Assembly (NCBI GenBank): GCA_964247055.1
Contig: OZ176050.1
Location: forward strand, 9,858,001 to 9,922,000
DNA from: Paragordius varius
Taxonomy: Eukaryota; Animalia; Nematomorpha
Direction: 5' to 3'
DNA length: 64,000 nucleotides
Shown: piece by piece, positions 47,660 through 60,026 of the stretch
Layout of the letters: every line of letters begins with the position of its first letter
Numbering within the stretch: position 1 is the first letter of the stretch
Position numbers and translations under genes: made by a program
The notes under the pieces: model-generated
Databases searched by the model: none
Told to the model about the DNA's origin: nothing
Seen by the model: the letters and a program-made list of their open reading frames with translations, nothing else

Positions 47660-49160
47660 AGATAATTACATATTTTAGTGTATAATTTGGGTCCATTGAA
47701 ACATTAAATTACTTGCAAAAAAATAGGTATTTAAAATAATTTATTTAGCTTTCACCAATACTGGGAATTATAATTTGGGTCATCGAAACATTAAATTACT
47801 TGTAAAAATAGGTATTTTAAATAATTTATTTAACTTTCATACCAATACTGGGATTTATAATTGAGATCCATTGAAAATTAAATTTCTTGCAAAAATTAAA
47901 TATTTAAAATAATTTATTTAGCTTTCATACTAATACTGGGAATTATAATTTGGTCCATTGAAACATTAAATTACTTGCAAAAAAATAGATATTTAAAATA
48001 ATTTACACTAGACAACAAAATTTTCTGCCACTCGAGTTTTTTGCATTTTCTGATATTTAGTATCATTTTAACAGTAAATCTGAAATAAAAATCATAACTC
48101 CACTTAAGAATTTTGTATAATTTGATTTTTTTGATTATGCGCCCTCTATATCAAAATTTTACTAAATAATGTTTTTCCTAGAAAATATACAAGTAAAACC
48201 CATTTATAATATATCATTCGAAAGAGTAATAAAAACTCTATAAAATGCATACTAATATTTATTATATCGACAGTTAATATTGGACACAGAGAGCGACAAA
48301 CACGAGAAGCGAGAGCATTTTTTTAATTAATATATTTTTAAAACAATGGATGAAAATAGCTCAAACTTTGTTTAGATGGTGATGAATGTCCAAAAAAGAT
48401 AACACAAGAAAGTTTTTTTGATCAAAACATTTTTTATTGCTTTTATGTCACTCAAAACAGCCATTTTTAAGTTTTTTGTTTTTAAAAATTACCATCTCAT
48501 CAATATTAATTTATTTTCTTTACGAGGCCGATAATTTCGAAATTTTAAAGATAAAAACAAAGTTTAAGGTATTTTTGATCTTTTATAGCCATTATGTAAT
48601 AAATTACAGTTATAACTATGCATTTTAGTATCGACTAGGTAAAATTTTTATGATAATAATAATTTAATAAAGCAAACCAAAAGCTTAACCCTAATAATTA
48701 TATTAAAATAATTTATATTATTTTCAAATTAGATTGTTTGTGAAAATTTTTGACTTATACGGATGACGATATAAACCCAAATAACTTTTACATCAGATTG
48801 TTTTAAATGAACTACCATTCGAAAGATACTTCGCGCTCTTTCGAATGATATATAATACATAGCACTATATCTAAAACTGTTAATTTTAAAAATTTCGAGT
48901 TTAATGTTAAATCGGGGGCAAAAAATTTCGATAAACCCTAATAAAAAAATTCTTACGTGGTAGACCAATTTTTTTTCAGATAAATTATTTATATACTTTC
49001 ATAAAATAAATTTTAAATATATAAGAATGGCAGTTAAAAAAGTTAAAATTTGTTGTTTAGTGTTATTTAGCTTTCATACCAATACTGGGAATTATAATTA
49101 GGGTCCATTGAAACATTAAATTACTTGGAAAAAATAGGTATTTAAAATAATTTTTTTAGC
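47660..49160. repeat. ~90-bp tandem array interrupted by the CACTA-ended element
   Basis: Unit TTTAGCTTTCATACCAATACTGGGAATTATAATTTGGGTCCATTGAAACATTAAATTACTTGCAAAA.. repeated 47680-48005 and once more at 49063-49160. Confidence 0.8.
48006..49062 (-). mobile_element. CACTA-ended element, uninterrupted copy
   Basis: TTA|CACTAGACAAC...GTTGTTTAGTG|TTA; duplicates TTA of the host repeat unit. Confidence 0.8.
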
Positions 49161-50582
49161 TTTCAATATGCATAAATCTCAAAAAGTAACTAGAAAATAC
49201 AATTCCGACTGGGAATTAGGGGTTATTCAAATTTTCAACAAAGCGGAGTGTTTTATTTGCAAATTTACCACAAACGGTTTCGCGAATATAATTCAAAAAG
49301 ACATGCCAATACCATGCATTTGGATTTTATTAATATGACTACAGAAATGAAAATAATAAAATTGGAATCTTTAAAAAATATTAATAATCTCCTACCAACA
49401 ATTTCATTCATGCAACCTTATCCGATAGTTTAGGCAAGTTATATTGTTGCCAATTTACTCGCCAAAAAAATGAAGCCTTATTCTGATGGTGAGTTTGTAA
49501 AGGAATGCGTACTGGAAATTATAAAATGTGTTTTGCCTAATAAAGTTGAATTAATATCCAGTAAAAGTCTTTCGCGCAATACTATGTGTCGACGAATTAC
49601 AGACACGCGGAAGAAATTCAACTTTCCCCAAAAGAAAGACTTCAAGATTTTGTGGCGTTTTCCTTGTCATTTGAGGAAAGCACAGATATAAGCAACATAC
49701 CACAATTGGTAGTCTTTATTCGAGGGGCAGATGAATTTTTTAATATAACAGAAGATATGTTAGACTTACTTCCGATGAAAAATACAACTAAGGGAGATGA
49801 TATGTTTCATGCATTTTTAAAATGTATTGAGGACAATAAATTAAATATGAGGGCGCTATCTTGTTTGACAACATATGGTGCCCCAGCTATGATGGGAAAA
49901 AACAAGGGAACCGTGAAATTATTGTTAATCCGATGGTATTAATATTGACCATATATATATAATGCATTGCAGGATTCACCGTGAAAATCTCTGCGCACAT
50001 GCCTGACAATGGACAATGTTATGACCGTTGTTATTAAACTATAATTTTATAAAATCTCATGCTTTAAAGCATAGGCAGTTTAAGAAGTTATTAAAAGAAA
50101 TTCATTCAGAATATGGAGAACTTATTATATTTTTTTCAAATGTAAGGTGGCTAGTCGAGGGAAATGTCTAAAAAGGTTTTATTTATTAAAAGAAATAAAT
50201 ATTTTTATATTGCGGAATAATTATTTGGTATAGGAATTAACCAATAAAGATTGGTTGTCAGATTTATGCTTTCCCGTACATATTACTGAAAAACTAAATC
50301 AATTAAATGAATCCTTACAAAAGAGGGATAATTTAATTGTTGATGCGAATAACCATATTAAAGCGTTTTGTAAAAAATTGACGTTATTTGAATGCCATTT
50401 ATAAAAAATAATGCTGAACATTTTCAAGAATTGAATAGATTTAAAGCTGGTAAAACTAACGATTTTTCAAAATATGCAGATCAAATTAATATATTATCAA
50501 AAGCTTTTTATAATCGATACGGGGATATGACAAAATATGAAAAAATATTTGATTTATTATGTTGTCCATTCTACGTTGAAGC

Positions 50583-51972
50583 TAGGGTTGTGCCCATTAG
50601 TCAATGACCTAGGGTCATGACCTAGGTCATGACCATGGTCATGACCATGGTCATGACCACGAAAAAAAATGACCTAGGTCAATTTTTTTATTTTTTTTAA
50701 TTTTTTATTTTTTTAATTTTACAATTTTTAGGAAAACAAAACCTTATATTATTTATATATGTATTATTTTTTTTAAATATCATATGATACATATCTTTTC
50801 TTTACTTCCTAAATCATAATGAAATCAGCCTTGAATTTTTCGATCAAAAAAAATCAAGTTACATGCAAGAAATGTAATTACACTATATATATATATTAAA
50901 TAAAAACCTAATGAAGAAACATTTAAATGAAGTTCATGAAAAAAATTTTATGATAGAAGGCGATGGTCGAAAAGCAAGCTAATTATTTAATTTCTTAAGT
51001 TTAGTCTTAAAAATTCCTGTTTTCAAGAGAAATTAGCCAGAAACATTTAGCAAAATTTATTTATACATCCTCAACTCTAAACATAGTTGAAAATAAACAT
51101 TTTCGGAGTTTCATTCATAGTTTAAATCTAATTATGCTATTCCAAATAGTAAACATATTTCCAATAAATTATTAGATTCATGTTATGAAGATATAAAAAT
51201 AGTTATTGGAATATGTAAAAATAATATTTTATTAATCGTCGATCCCTTTACCAATATTCGTAGGAAGCAAATAATTAATATTATTGGCCAAGGATCCCAA
51301 AAATCATATCTTATCATAGTAGGACTGCCGAATATATCTATAACATAATGGAACCAATTATAAAAGATATTGGAAATTTTAATAATTAATGCCATTGTGA
51401 CCGATAATGCAGCGAACATGAATACTGCTGAAAATTTAATTAATAAAGAATATCCTAATATAATATGACATGTATGCCAATGTCATATAATATATAATTT
51501 GATCTAAGAATATATTAATCTTAATAAGATACTGAAATTTTAAATGTAGTGAGCACGATTATATATTCTAATAAATTGTATAAAAAATTTGAAGTATAAA
51601 AAAAACTTTGAACCATCCTAAGTTAACGTTAAGTTTATGGACAGTGACTCGTTGTTACACAATCTAAATAATTAGAGCATAAATAGGCTTAAATAAATGC
51701 ATATTTTTTCATTAGTCTTAGCTTTCTGTGATTTGAAGCTTTCTATAAGTCTTTATGTATGATTCCAGGAAAGATCGTTAATTGTAGAAATTTAAATTAT
51801 CAGGATTGGTGAAAGTATAATTTTAAAAAAATATACACTTTATATGAAAACCTTTTTTATGTGATTTAATCAAGTATTTATGTATGTAGTTATTTATTAT
51901 TGGCATTAACACATGGTATGACCTAGGTCTGACCCCCTTTTTCGAAAAAAGGGGGTCAAAATCACAACCCTA
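50583..51972 (+). mobile_element. TAGGG-ended hAT (Ac-type) deletion derivative inserted in the SPIN-type transposase
   Basis: TIR TAGGGTTGTG/CACAACCCTA; perfect 8-bp TSD GTTGAAGC; subterminal ATGACCTAGGTC/ATGACCATGGTC palindromes; relic ...INAIVTDNAANM...YPNII (DUF659-like) at ~51310-51490. Confidence 0.85.
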
Positions 51973-52960
51973 GTTGAAGCTATCAACGCTCCTATTAATT
52001 TACAAATGGAATTACTAGATTTTAAAATAATGAATTATTATTATTTGGGCAAACAAATAAAATTGAATTTTATAAAATATATATAATAAAGTGACCAGAT
52101 AGGCTGTTTTTCGCAGTACAGTACTGGGTTTTCGAAAAAAAACCGCGCCTGTACTGCCCTGACTTTTGTACTGCTTTTTAAAATAATTTTTTTTATAAAT
52201 ATGTTTTAATTACCATTCATTTATACAAGTTTTGTTTGTAGAATTCCATAGAGTACCCTTAGTTAAAATAAATAAATGGTTTTTTTAACTGTAAAAACTA
52301 TGGCCTTTAATTTTAATATTTTATTTTCTGCTCTAATTATACATGGAGTTGGGTTTTGGACCGGTCAAAGCGCTTATGAATGCAGCCTTTCGCGCAGTGG
52401 CGGAACTATAATTATCAGACTCCAGATTTAGGCTAATGGCCTTTTACCTCAGGGCTTCTGCAACGACCTCAAAAATAAACAAAAAATAAATTAATATTTC
52501 AGTAATTTTATATTTTGGAAATTTATCTTGTTTCAATAAGTTTCAGCTAAATGAAATTTATTAGTGTTTACTTTAATTATAATTATCAAACGGAAAATTT
52601 TTATATTTCAGCAATATATTATTTTTAAAATTCATTATATTTGGTTTCGATATAATCTTTTTTTTCTAGGAATAAAACAACTTTTTTATGTTTTGGGTGG
52701 GAGGTATCCTTAATTTTTTGCTTCCTTAAACTTAATTTTTAGCCAATTTTCTTTTCATTCTTTTTGCATAAACAAATTTATAGACCTATTTAATTTTGGC
52801 ACATACACACACACACCCATAATAATTTTTTTATTAATTCCATTTTAATTTTCTTTTCCGTGCCTTTTCCTCAAAATATGGACTACGGAAAAACTCAACT
52901 CACAATATATACTTTGAAAGCAAAATAGTCAAAAATACAAAAGAAAATTGTGAAGCTTTT

Positions 52961-53050
52961 TTAGATAAAATTTCGCAAAACCATAAATTATTGGGACAAA
53001 TACATTTAGATAAAATTTCGCAAAACCATAAATTATTGGGACAAATACAT
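52961..53050. repeat. Perfect 45-bp direct duplication
   Basis: TTAGATAAAATTTCGCAAAACCATAAATTATTGGGACAAATACAT x2. Confidence 0.85.
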
Positions 53051-53435
53051 AAATCTGAAAATTAGATATTATTACTATTATAAAAAAATAATTATTTATT
53101 AATAGTCACGTCATATACCATTGATTGGGTAGACTCAGAACTATCTGAATTATTTTTGAATTTTACACTGTAGCAAAGTCGGCATTTGAATAATTTTCTA
53201 TCCATTCACCTATCTTTTTTTTATCATCGCATAGTTTTACCTGCTGTCAAATAGTAATTTTTTCTAAAAAGCTAAGGAACAGAACTTTCATAAGATCGTG
53301 TGTGAACGATTTTATCTGCACGGCAACATCTTATAAAAACCAGATATATTGTTTCCCTCTATTTTTATTATCATATATTGGTAATTATATTGTTTTTGAC
53401 AATTAGCATTATTTAAAACAAACATACCATTATAA

Positions 53436-54015
53436 TCTATATATTTATAAAAATGGAAAGTAGTGGTTAGGTGATCAATTTCCGGGAAACCGGTAGATCC
53501 ATTCAAATCCAAATGTCGAAAAAATATAAACATTAATGAATGCCCCGACAATAGCTTCGCCCTTTTTTTAATTTAGGCCCTCAGTTCGGGCCTACCGCGT
53601 GTAAAAAACGGTTTTTTTTTGAAAACAGAAGTCCACGAAAATCGTGTCTTTGAGAGAATTTTCTGGAAAACGTGTTGGACTATTCAATTTCAAATATGAT
53701 TTTTGTTTACTTATTTTCGATTGCGCCGAACATAATCCGCTCGCTTTTTTAATTAAGGCCCTCTTTTTACCAGCTCCTCCCGTAAAATGCCATTTTTCCA
53801 AAAAAATAAAAGTAAATGTTTGAATCTATTTTTCGCCCAAGTAAACAATATATTAGTATGAATGCACCGTTTTGAAATTCCTATGAGATCATAGCTATTA
53901 AATAATGTTTCGAAATAATCCGCATATGTGGATCATTTGATTGTCCCTTTTTCAAATAGCCCCACCAGTCCGAAGGACTTCCTCGGGCTGCGTAGCAGCA
54001 CGAGATTTACGCTAG
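53436..54015 (+). mobile_element. Short complete Helitron H copy
   Basis: A|TCTATATATTTATAAAAATGG; 3' AGTCCGAAGGACT..GCTGCGTAGCAGC..CTAG|T, same end as 5993. Confidence 0.85.
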
Positions 54016-55324
54016 TATTATTATATATCCATTTATATAACATATGATGATATAATTTGTACATACATTTTTATTAAATTTTTAATAAATTTATTGTTGG
54101 ATATTTTAATTGTAACTAATGAGCTTATAAATAGTAACGAACAATATCATTTAATATAAAACGCCAAAAATCCTGTTAAAAAATAGGCAAAGTATGTTTT
54201 AATTTTGTACTGCGCCAAGGTTCTAAATATCTGGTCACATTAATATATAACGTTTGATAAATTTACTAATTTAAGAATTTTTGTAATTTGTGCTTTTGGG
54301 TCCACTTATCTTCGTGAAAATTTTTTTCTAATATGAAATACACAAAATCTCTTTCACGTTCTTTATTAACTGAAGAAAACTTGGAGTATGAATTGAGATG
54401 TGCTGTATCAAACATTGATATAGATCTGAATAAATTTAAGCAAAATTACAAAACAAATATCCTATTAAAAATTTAATTATGAAATGAAAAATATTTATTT
54501 CTTTTATTTTTATTAGATAAAAAAAGTTACATTTTGGCGATTAAATTCGCCACAATCTACTCTAGTCATACTATCGAATTGCAATAAGTTTACCATATCC
54601 ATGTATTTTTATCTTTTTTTTACACATTGATATAATTTAATTAGCAAAGCATTATTGTATTTATACTGTTTACTTTCTTTTTGATATGAAAATTAGCACA
54701 TCTATATGTTAATATGATAAATTTATTTGTTACAAATGTCTTGATATATATAAATAAAAAAGGGCATTTTGGAATTTTGAGGTCGAAAAGGTGGCTCTTC
54801 GAGCCTATTGTGATGGACACCCCTGATTTAGAGTAAACAATAGCTTATGCAAAAACCCGTAAAAGAATAATTAAAGACATATTTTTGTTAAATATATTTT
54901 TCATTATTTTATTTCCATTATCACTATTGCAAATTATTAAAAAAAATTATCGTTGAGACTACGTCACAGCGAAGCGTTACAGGACCAGCTAGTATATATA
55001 TAGTAAAATTTATTTGATAATGAAAAAAGCAGATATTGAAAGAAAACTTTTAAAATGTGTATAATCACATTTAATTATTTATATATAAGTATGGTAACGA
55101 GATATGTGAGTTCCACACGCCATATTGCGAATGTGTATAATAGATAAATATTGTTACAATATGGGTCAAACGTATATGATTGGATTGATGAAGGAGTCGA
55201 AAAAATGAGAAACAAAAAAACCTAAAAAAATAAAAAATTTATTTGTTCCATATTCCGAAAAGTTCATTTATTTAATATTGTATGTATGTTGATAAAACAA
55301 ATGTTTAGACAAATTTAATCCGAT

Positions 55325-56963
<1,639 letters not shown>

Positions 56964-57048
56964 TTATAATGTAAAATGGTGCACGCAACGTTTTCCGGAA
57001 TATGGAAGTGAGTTGTATAAAAAGTACAATATTCGTTTTAAAAAATAA

Positions 57049-57060
57049 ATTATTTATAGG
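57049..57060 (-). promoter_or_regulatory. Candidate TATA box of EF-1alpha
   Basis: Minus-strand CCTATAAATAAT ~110 nt upstream of ATG, followed by a pyrimidine-rich CTCACTTCC; weak in such AT-rich DNA. Confidence 0.3.
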
Positions 57061-57236
57061 TATTTAAATACTATTAAAAAATTTAATTTATATTTTTATA
57101 AAATATTTAGAAGAAATTTAAAATATAGATTATATTAGAGTTAAATCCTTATTTTAATAATTCGGAATACTATCTAATAAATATATTTCTAATTATTGGA
57201 AAGATACAACACATTTGTTTTAGCCCCTTAGTTTAA

Positions 57237-58368
57237 CACTGTCAAATATACCCCAGACTAAATTTAAGTTAGGATTTTTAAAAACTACTGAAGGAAAGGG
57301 TCCCAATTCAAAATTATCTTTCTATCCTAATAAAAATTATATAAATATGCCAAAATATTTAAATAAAATTTTGTTTTGAAAAAAAATGTTTTATGTCAAA
57401 CTACTTCGACGCCATTTTAATTTTCAAAATTTTTGCGAAATATCGTCTTCATGTAATTTTAACACTTGGATACAACACACTCGTTTTAGTCCTTCGATTC
57501 CAATTGGGGTAGTTGGATACCCCAGGCATGTTTAAAATCAAATATTTAAAGAAGTATGGAAGGAATAGAAACCACAACAAAATATTGGATTTATATAACA
57601 ATAATAAACCGAAATATATAAAAAATTTAATTTAAAAATATTTGATATTACTTATTTGAGGCTAAAACCGAAAGGTAAATATTTCGTCAACGTGACATGT
57701 GTCAAATTGTAAAATTAAAAAATAATACAAAGTAAACCGCTTTTTCTATCTCTATCAATGTTAAATGTAATTTAATTAAAAAATTAGCATTAGTTTTACC
57801 CTTAAAATTAAATGAAGACGATATTTTGCAAAATTTTTATAAAATAAAAATGGCGTCGAAGTAGTTTGAGATGGAACTTTTATTTCAGAACAAAATTTTA
57901 TCAAGCTATTTTGGCATTTATATAATTTTTATCAGGATAAAAGCATAAATTTAAATTGGGACCGTTTTCTTCAATACTTTTTTAAAAATATTAATTTAAA
58001 TTTAGTCTGGGGTATTCAGATACCCCAATTTGAATCGAAGTGTTAAGGGTAAAATCAAAGCTTTTGTATTTAAATTGTAGCATATATAAAAATAAAAAAG
58101 CGGTTTATTTTGTATTATTTTAAATTTTACCATTGCACACATGTCACGTTGACCAAATTTTTACCTTTCGCTTTTAGAAATAAGTAATATCAAGTATTTT
58201 TGAATCAAATTTTTTATTTATTTCGGTTTATTAATGTTATATAAGTGCAAAATTTTTCCATGGTTTTGATTCCTTTCATATTTTTTAAAGTAATTAATTT
58301 TAAACAGTGGGCTATCCAAATACCCCTATTTAAATCGAAGGACTGAAATATATGTGTTGTACCAAGTG
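57237..58368 (+). mobile_element. Family D piggyBac-like MITE, outer copy
   Basis: TTAA|CACTG...CCAAGTG|TTAA; collinear with 26466-27185 after removing the inner copy. Confidence 0.75.
57463..58042 (-). mobile_element. Family D MITE inserted in reverse orientation in an internal TTAA of the outer copy
   Basis: TTAA|CACTTGGATAC...GAATCGAAGTG|TTAA. Confidence 0.85.
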
Positions 58369-58485
58369 TTAATTTAGGGTGGTTGGTTGCCCGAGCTTTG
58401 ATAAATAATAAAATAATTTATGTGCACTAATTTAACATTGATGCACCTAAATAGAAAATAAACTAATTCAAAAAAATTTGATATA

Positions 58486-58575
58486 CCATTTGCTTTTCAA
58501 GAGTGTCCTTTAACACATCAAATTGGTCCTTGAACACTTCAAATTGGTCCTTGAACATCAAGTTGGTCCTTTTTA
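58486..58575. repeat. Family F-like left end with variant ~20-bp tandem unit (AAATTGGTCCTTGAACACTTC)
   Basis: TA|CCATTTGC then 3-4 units; right end not found. Confidence 0.5.
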
Positions 58576-58654
58576 CTTTTATTAATCAAATGATATAACA
58601 TTCATCTATTTTATTGTTTTTACCTATTTTCTATTATACATAAATTTTAAATTA

Positions 58655-59303
58655 AATCTTAATTAAGGGGTATTTTAATAAAACTTCTACTTTAATTTTT
58701 GTTTTTTTAAAGGTATTTCAGGCCCTTATTAAACTTACATAGCCTGATAAGTTTTCTGAAAATTTATTCCTAAACAACGAAAATCCGATATTACGGGGCA
58801 TTTTTTAGCGGATATCTCCTTACCCAGCAGCCAATATAAAAGAAACACACGACTAAAGTTTTTGACTGTTAACAGGGAATACCTGGATTCTTATTGAATT
58901 TTTACGGTTTCATACCTTGTGCGAAAAATAGATTAAAAAAATTATTTTTGTGGACTTTTTTTTGGAAAAAAATGGCATTTTACGGCGGTTGCGGATAAAA
59001 AGAAGGCCTAAATTAAAAAAGCGAACCGACTATGTGCGGCCAATCCAAAAAAAGTAAAAAACCATATTTGAAATAAAGTGGTCCAATTCGTTTTCCGGAA
59101 AATTGTCTCAAAGACACGATTTTTGTGGACTTTGAAAACGTTTTCACACGGGGTGGGCCCCGACTGGGGGTTTAATTCAAAAAAGGGCGAAGCTATTCGG
59201 GACATTCATTAAAGATTATATTTTTCGACCCTAGGATTTGGAGGGATTTGCCAGTTTTTCGGAAACACCTCACAAAGCCACCACTTTCAATTTTATATAT
59301 AGA
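58655..59303 (-). mobile_element. 3'-truncated Helitron H copy
   Basis: Reverse complement starts A|TCTATATATAAAATTGAAAGTGGTGG and follows 44901-45500. Confidence 0.75.
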
Positions 59304-60026
59304 TTTCGGCTTATTTATAAAAATTTTATTAGGTAGAAGCAAAGTTCAAATTGGAACCTTTTCTTTCAGTAGTTTCTTAAAAATTTCAACCTTAATATAG
59401 TTTGGGCTATTAGATATCACAATTTGAATCGAAGTGTTATATACGCCACCATATCTTAATAACAAGCTGCGAAGAAATTTTTCGAAACACCTCTAGATAG
59501 ATATAATTTCTAATAAAAGCAAAAATAATAAGTGGATAGGCATGAATGTCCTAACCATTCATCTATATAACATCAAAATATTATTTGCCGATGTGCACTT
59601 TGTATAAAAAATTCAAACATTGTAAATGGATTGTAAACACTTCATATTTGTGAGATTTTCATATCATAGAGCCATATAAAATATGATATCATAAAAAGTA
59701 TTTAGAATATTGAGCCACATTTAGAATTATGTCTTTTCTAGTTTTTTAGCCTCATATTCAAAAATACTTTTTAAATTTGTATTTGTAAAAAGATCCTTCT
59801 CCAAATATTTCGCAATCCTTTTTTAAATTTTTTAAATGGCCAATATCTTCTCTTAAATAGATTTTGATTATAACTAGCACAAATACACCTCATGTATTAT
59901 CCACATAAAAAATCTAAAGGCAACGAAATGTAAAAAAATTCGTATTTATTTATATGCTCATAATGTATGCTATTCATTCATTTTAGTGTCTGACAGATAT
60001 TTAATTTTTTGGCCAAAATTTTCGGG

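Larger units (their letters stand above)
52087..54242 (+). mobile_element. Family T MITE with nested Helitron
   Basis: TAAAGTGACCAGATAGG...TATCTGGTCACATTA; perfect TSD ATATATAA. Confidence 0.85.
49168..54470 (+). pseudogene. hAT transposase pseudogene (GTF2IRD2/EPM2AIP1/SPIN-like), split by two insertions
   Basis: Fragments ECFICK..EYNSKRH; KPYSDGEFVKEC..SLSRNT; FSLSFEESTDISNIPQLVVFIRG; CCPFYVEA|(51973)INAPINLQMELL; (54250)FGSTYLRENFFSNMKYTKSLSRSLLTEENL. Confidence 0.88.
46772..54825 (+). mobile_element. Buster/SPIN-type hAT transposon (decayed autonomous element)
   Basis: TIRs CAGCGGTGTCCAAC / GATGGACACCCCTG; perfect 8-bp TSD ATTTAGAG (46764-46771, 54826-54833); GTGGCTC subterminal motifs; contains transposase pseudogene. 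Confidence 0.9.
44901..54992 (+). mobile_element. Long Helitron H copy split by an 8-kb hAT insertion
   Basis: A|TCTATATATTTATAAAAATGG at 44901; sequence resumes after TSD at 54834 as in uninterrupted copy at 1-260; ends GTCACAGCGAAGCGTTACAGGACCAG-CTAG|T at 54992. Confidence 0.8.
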
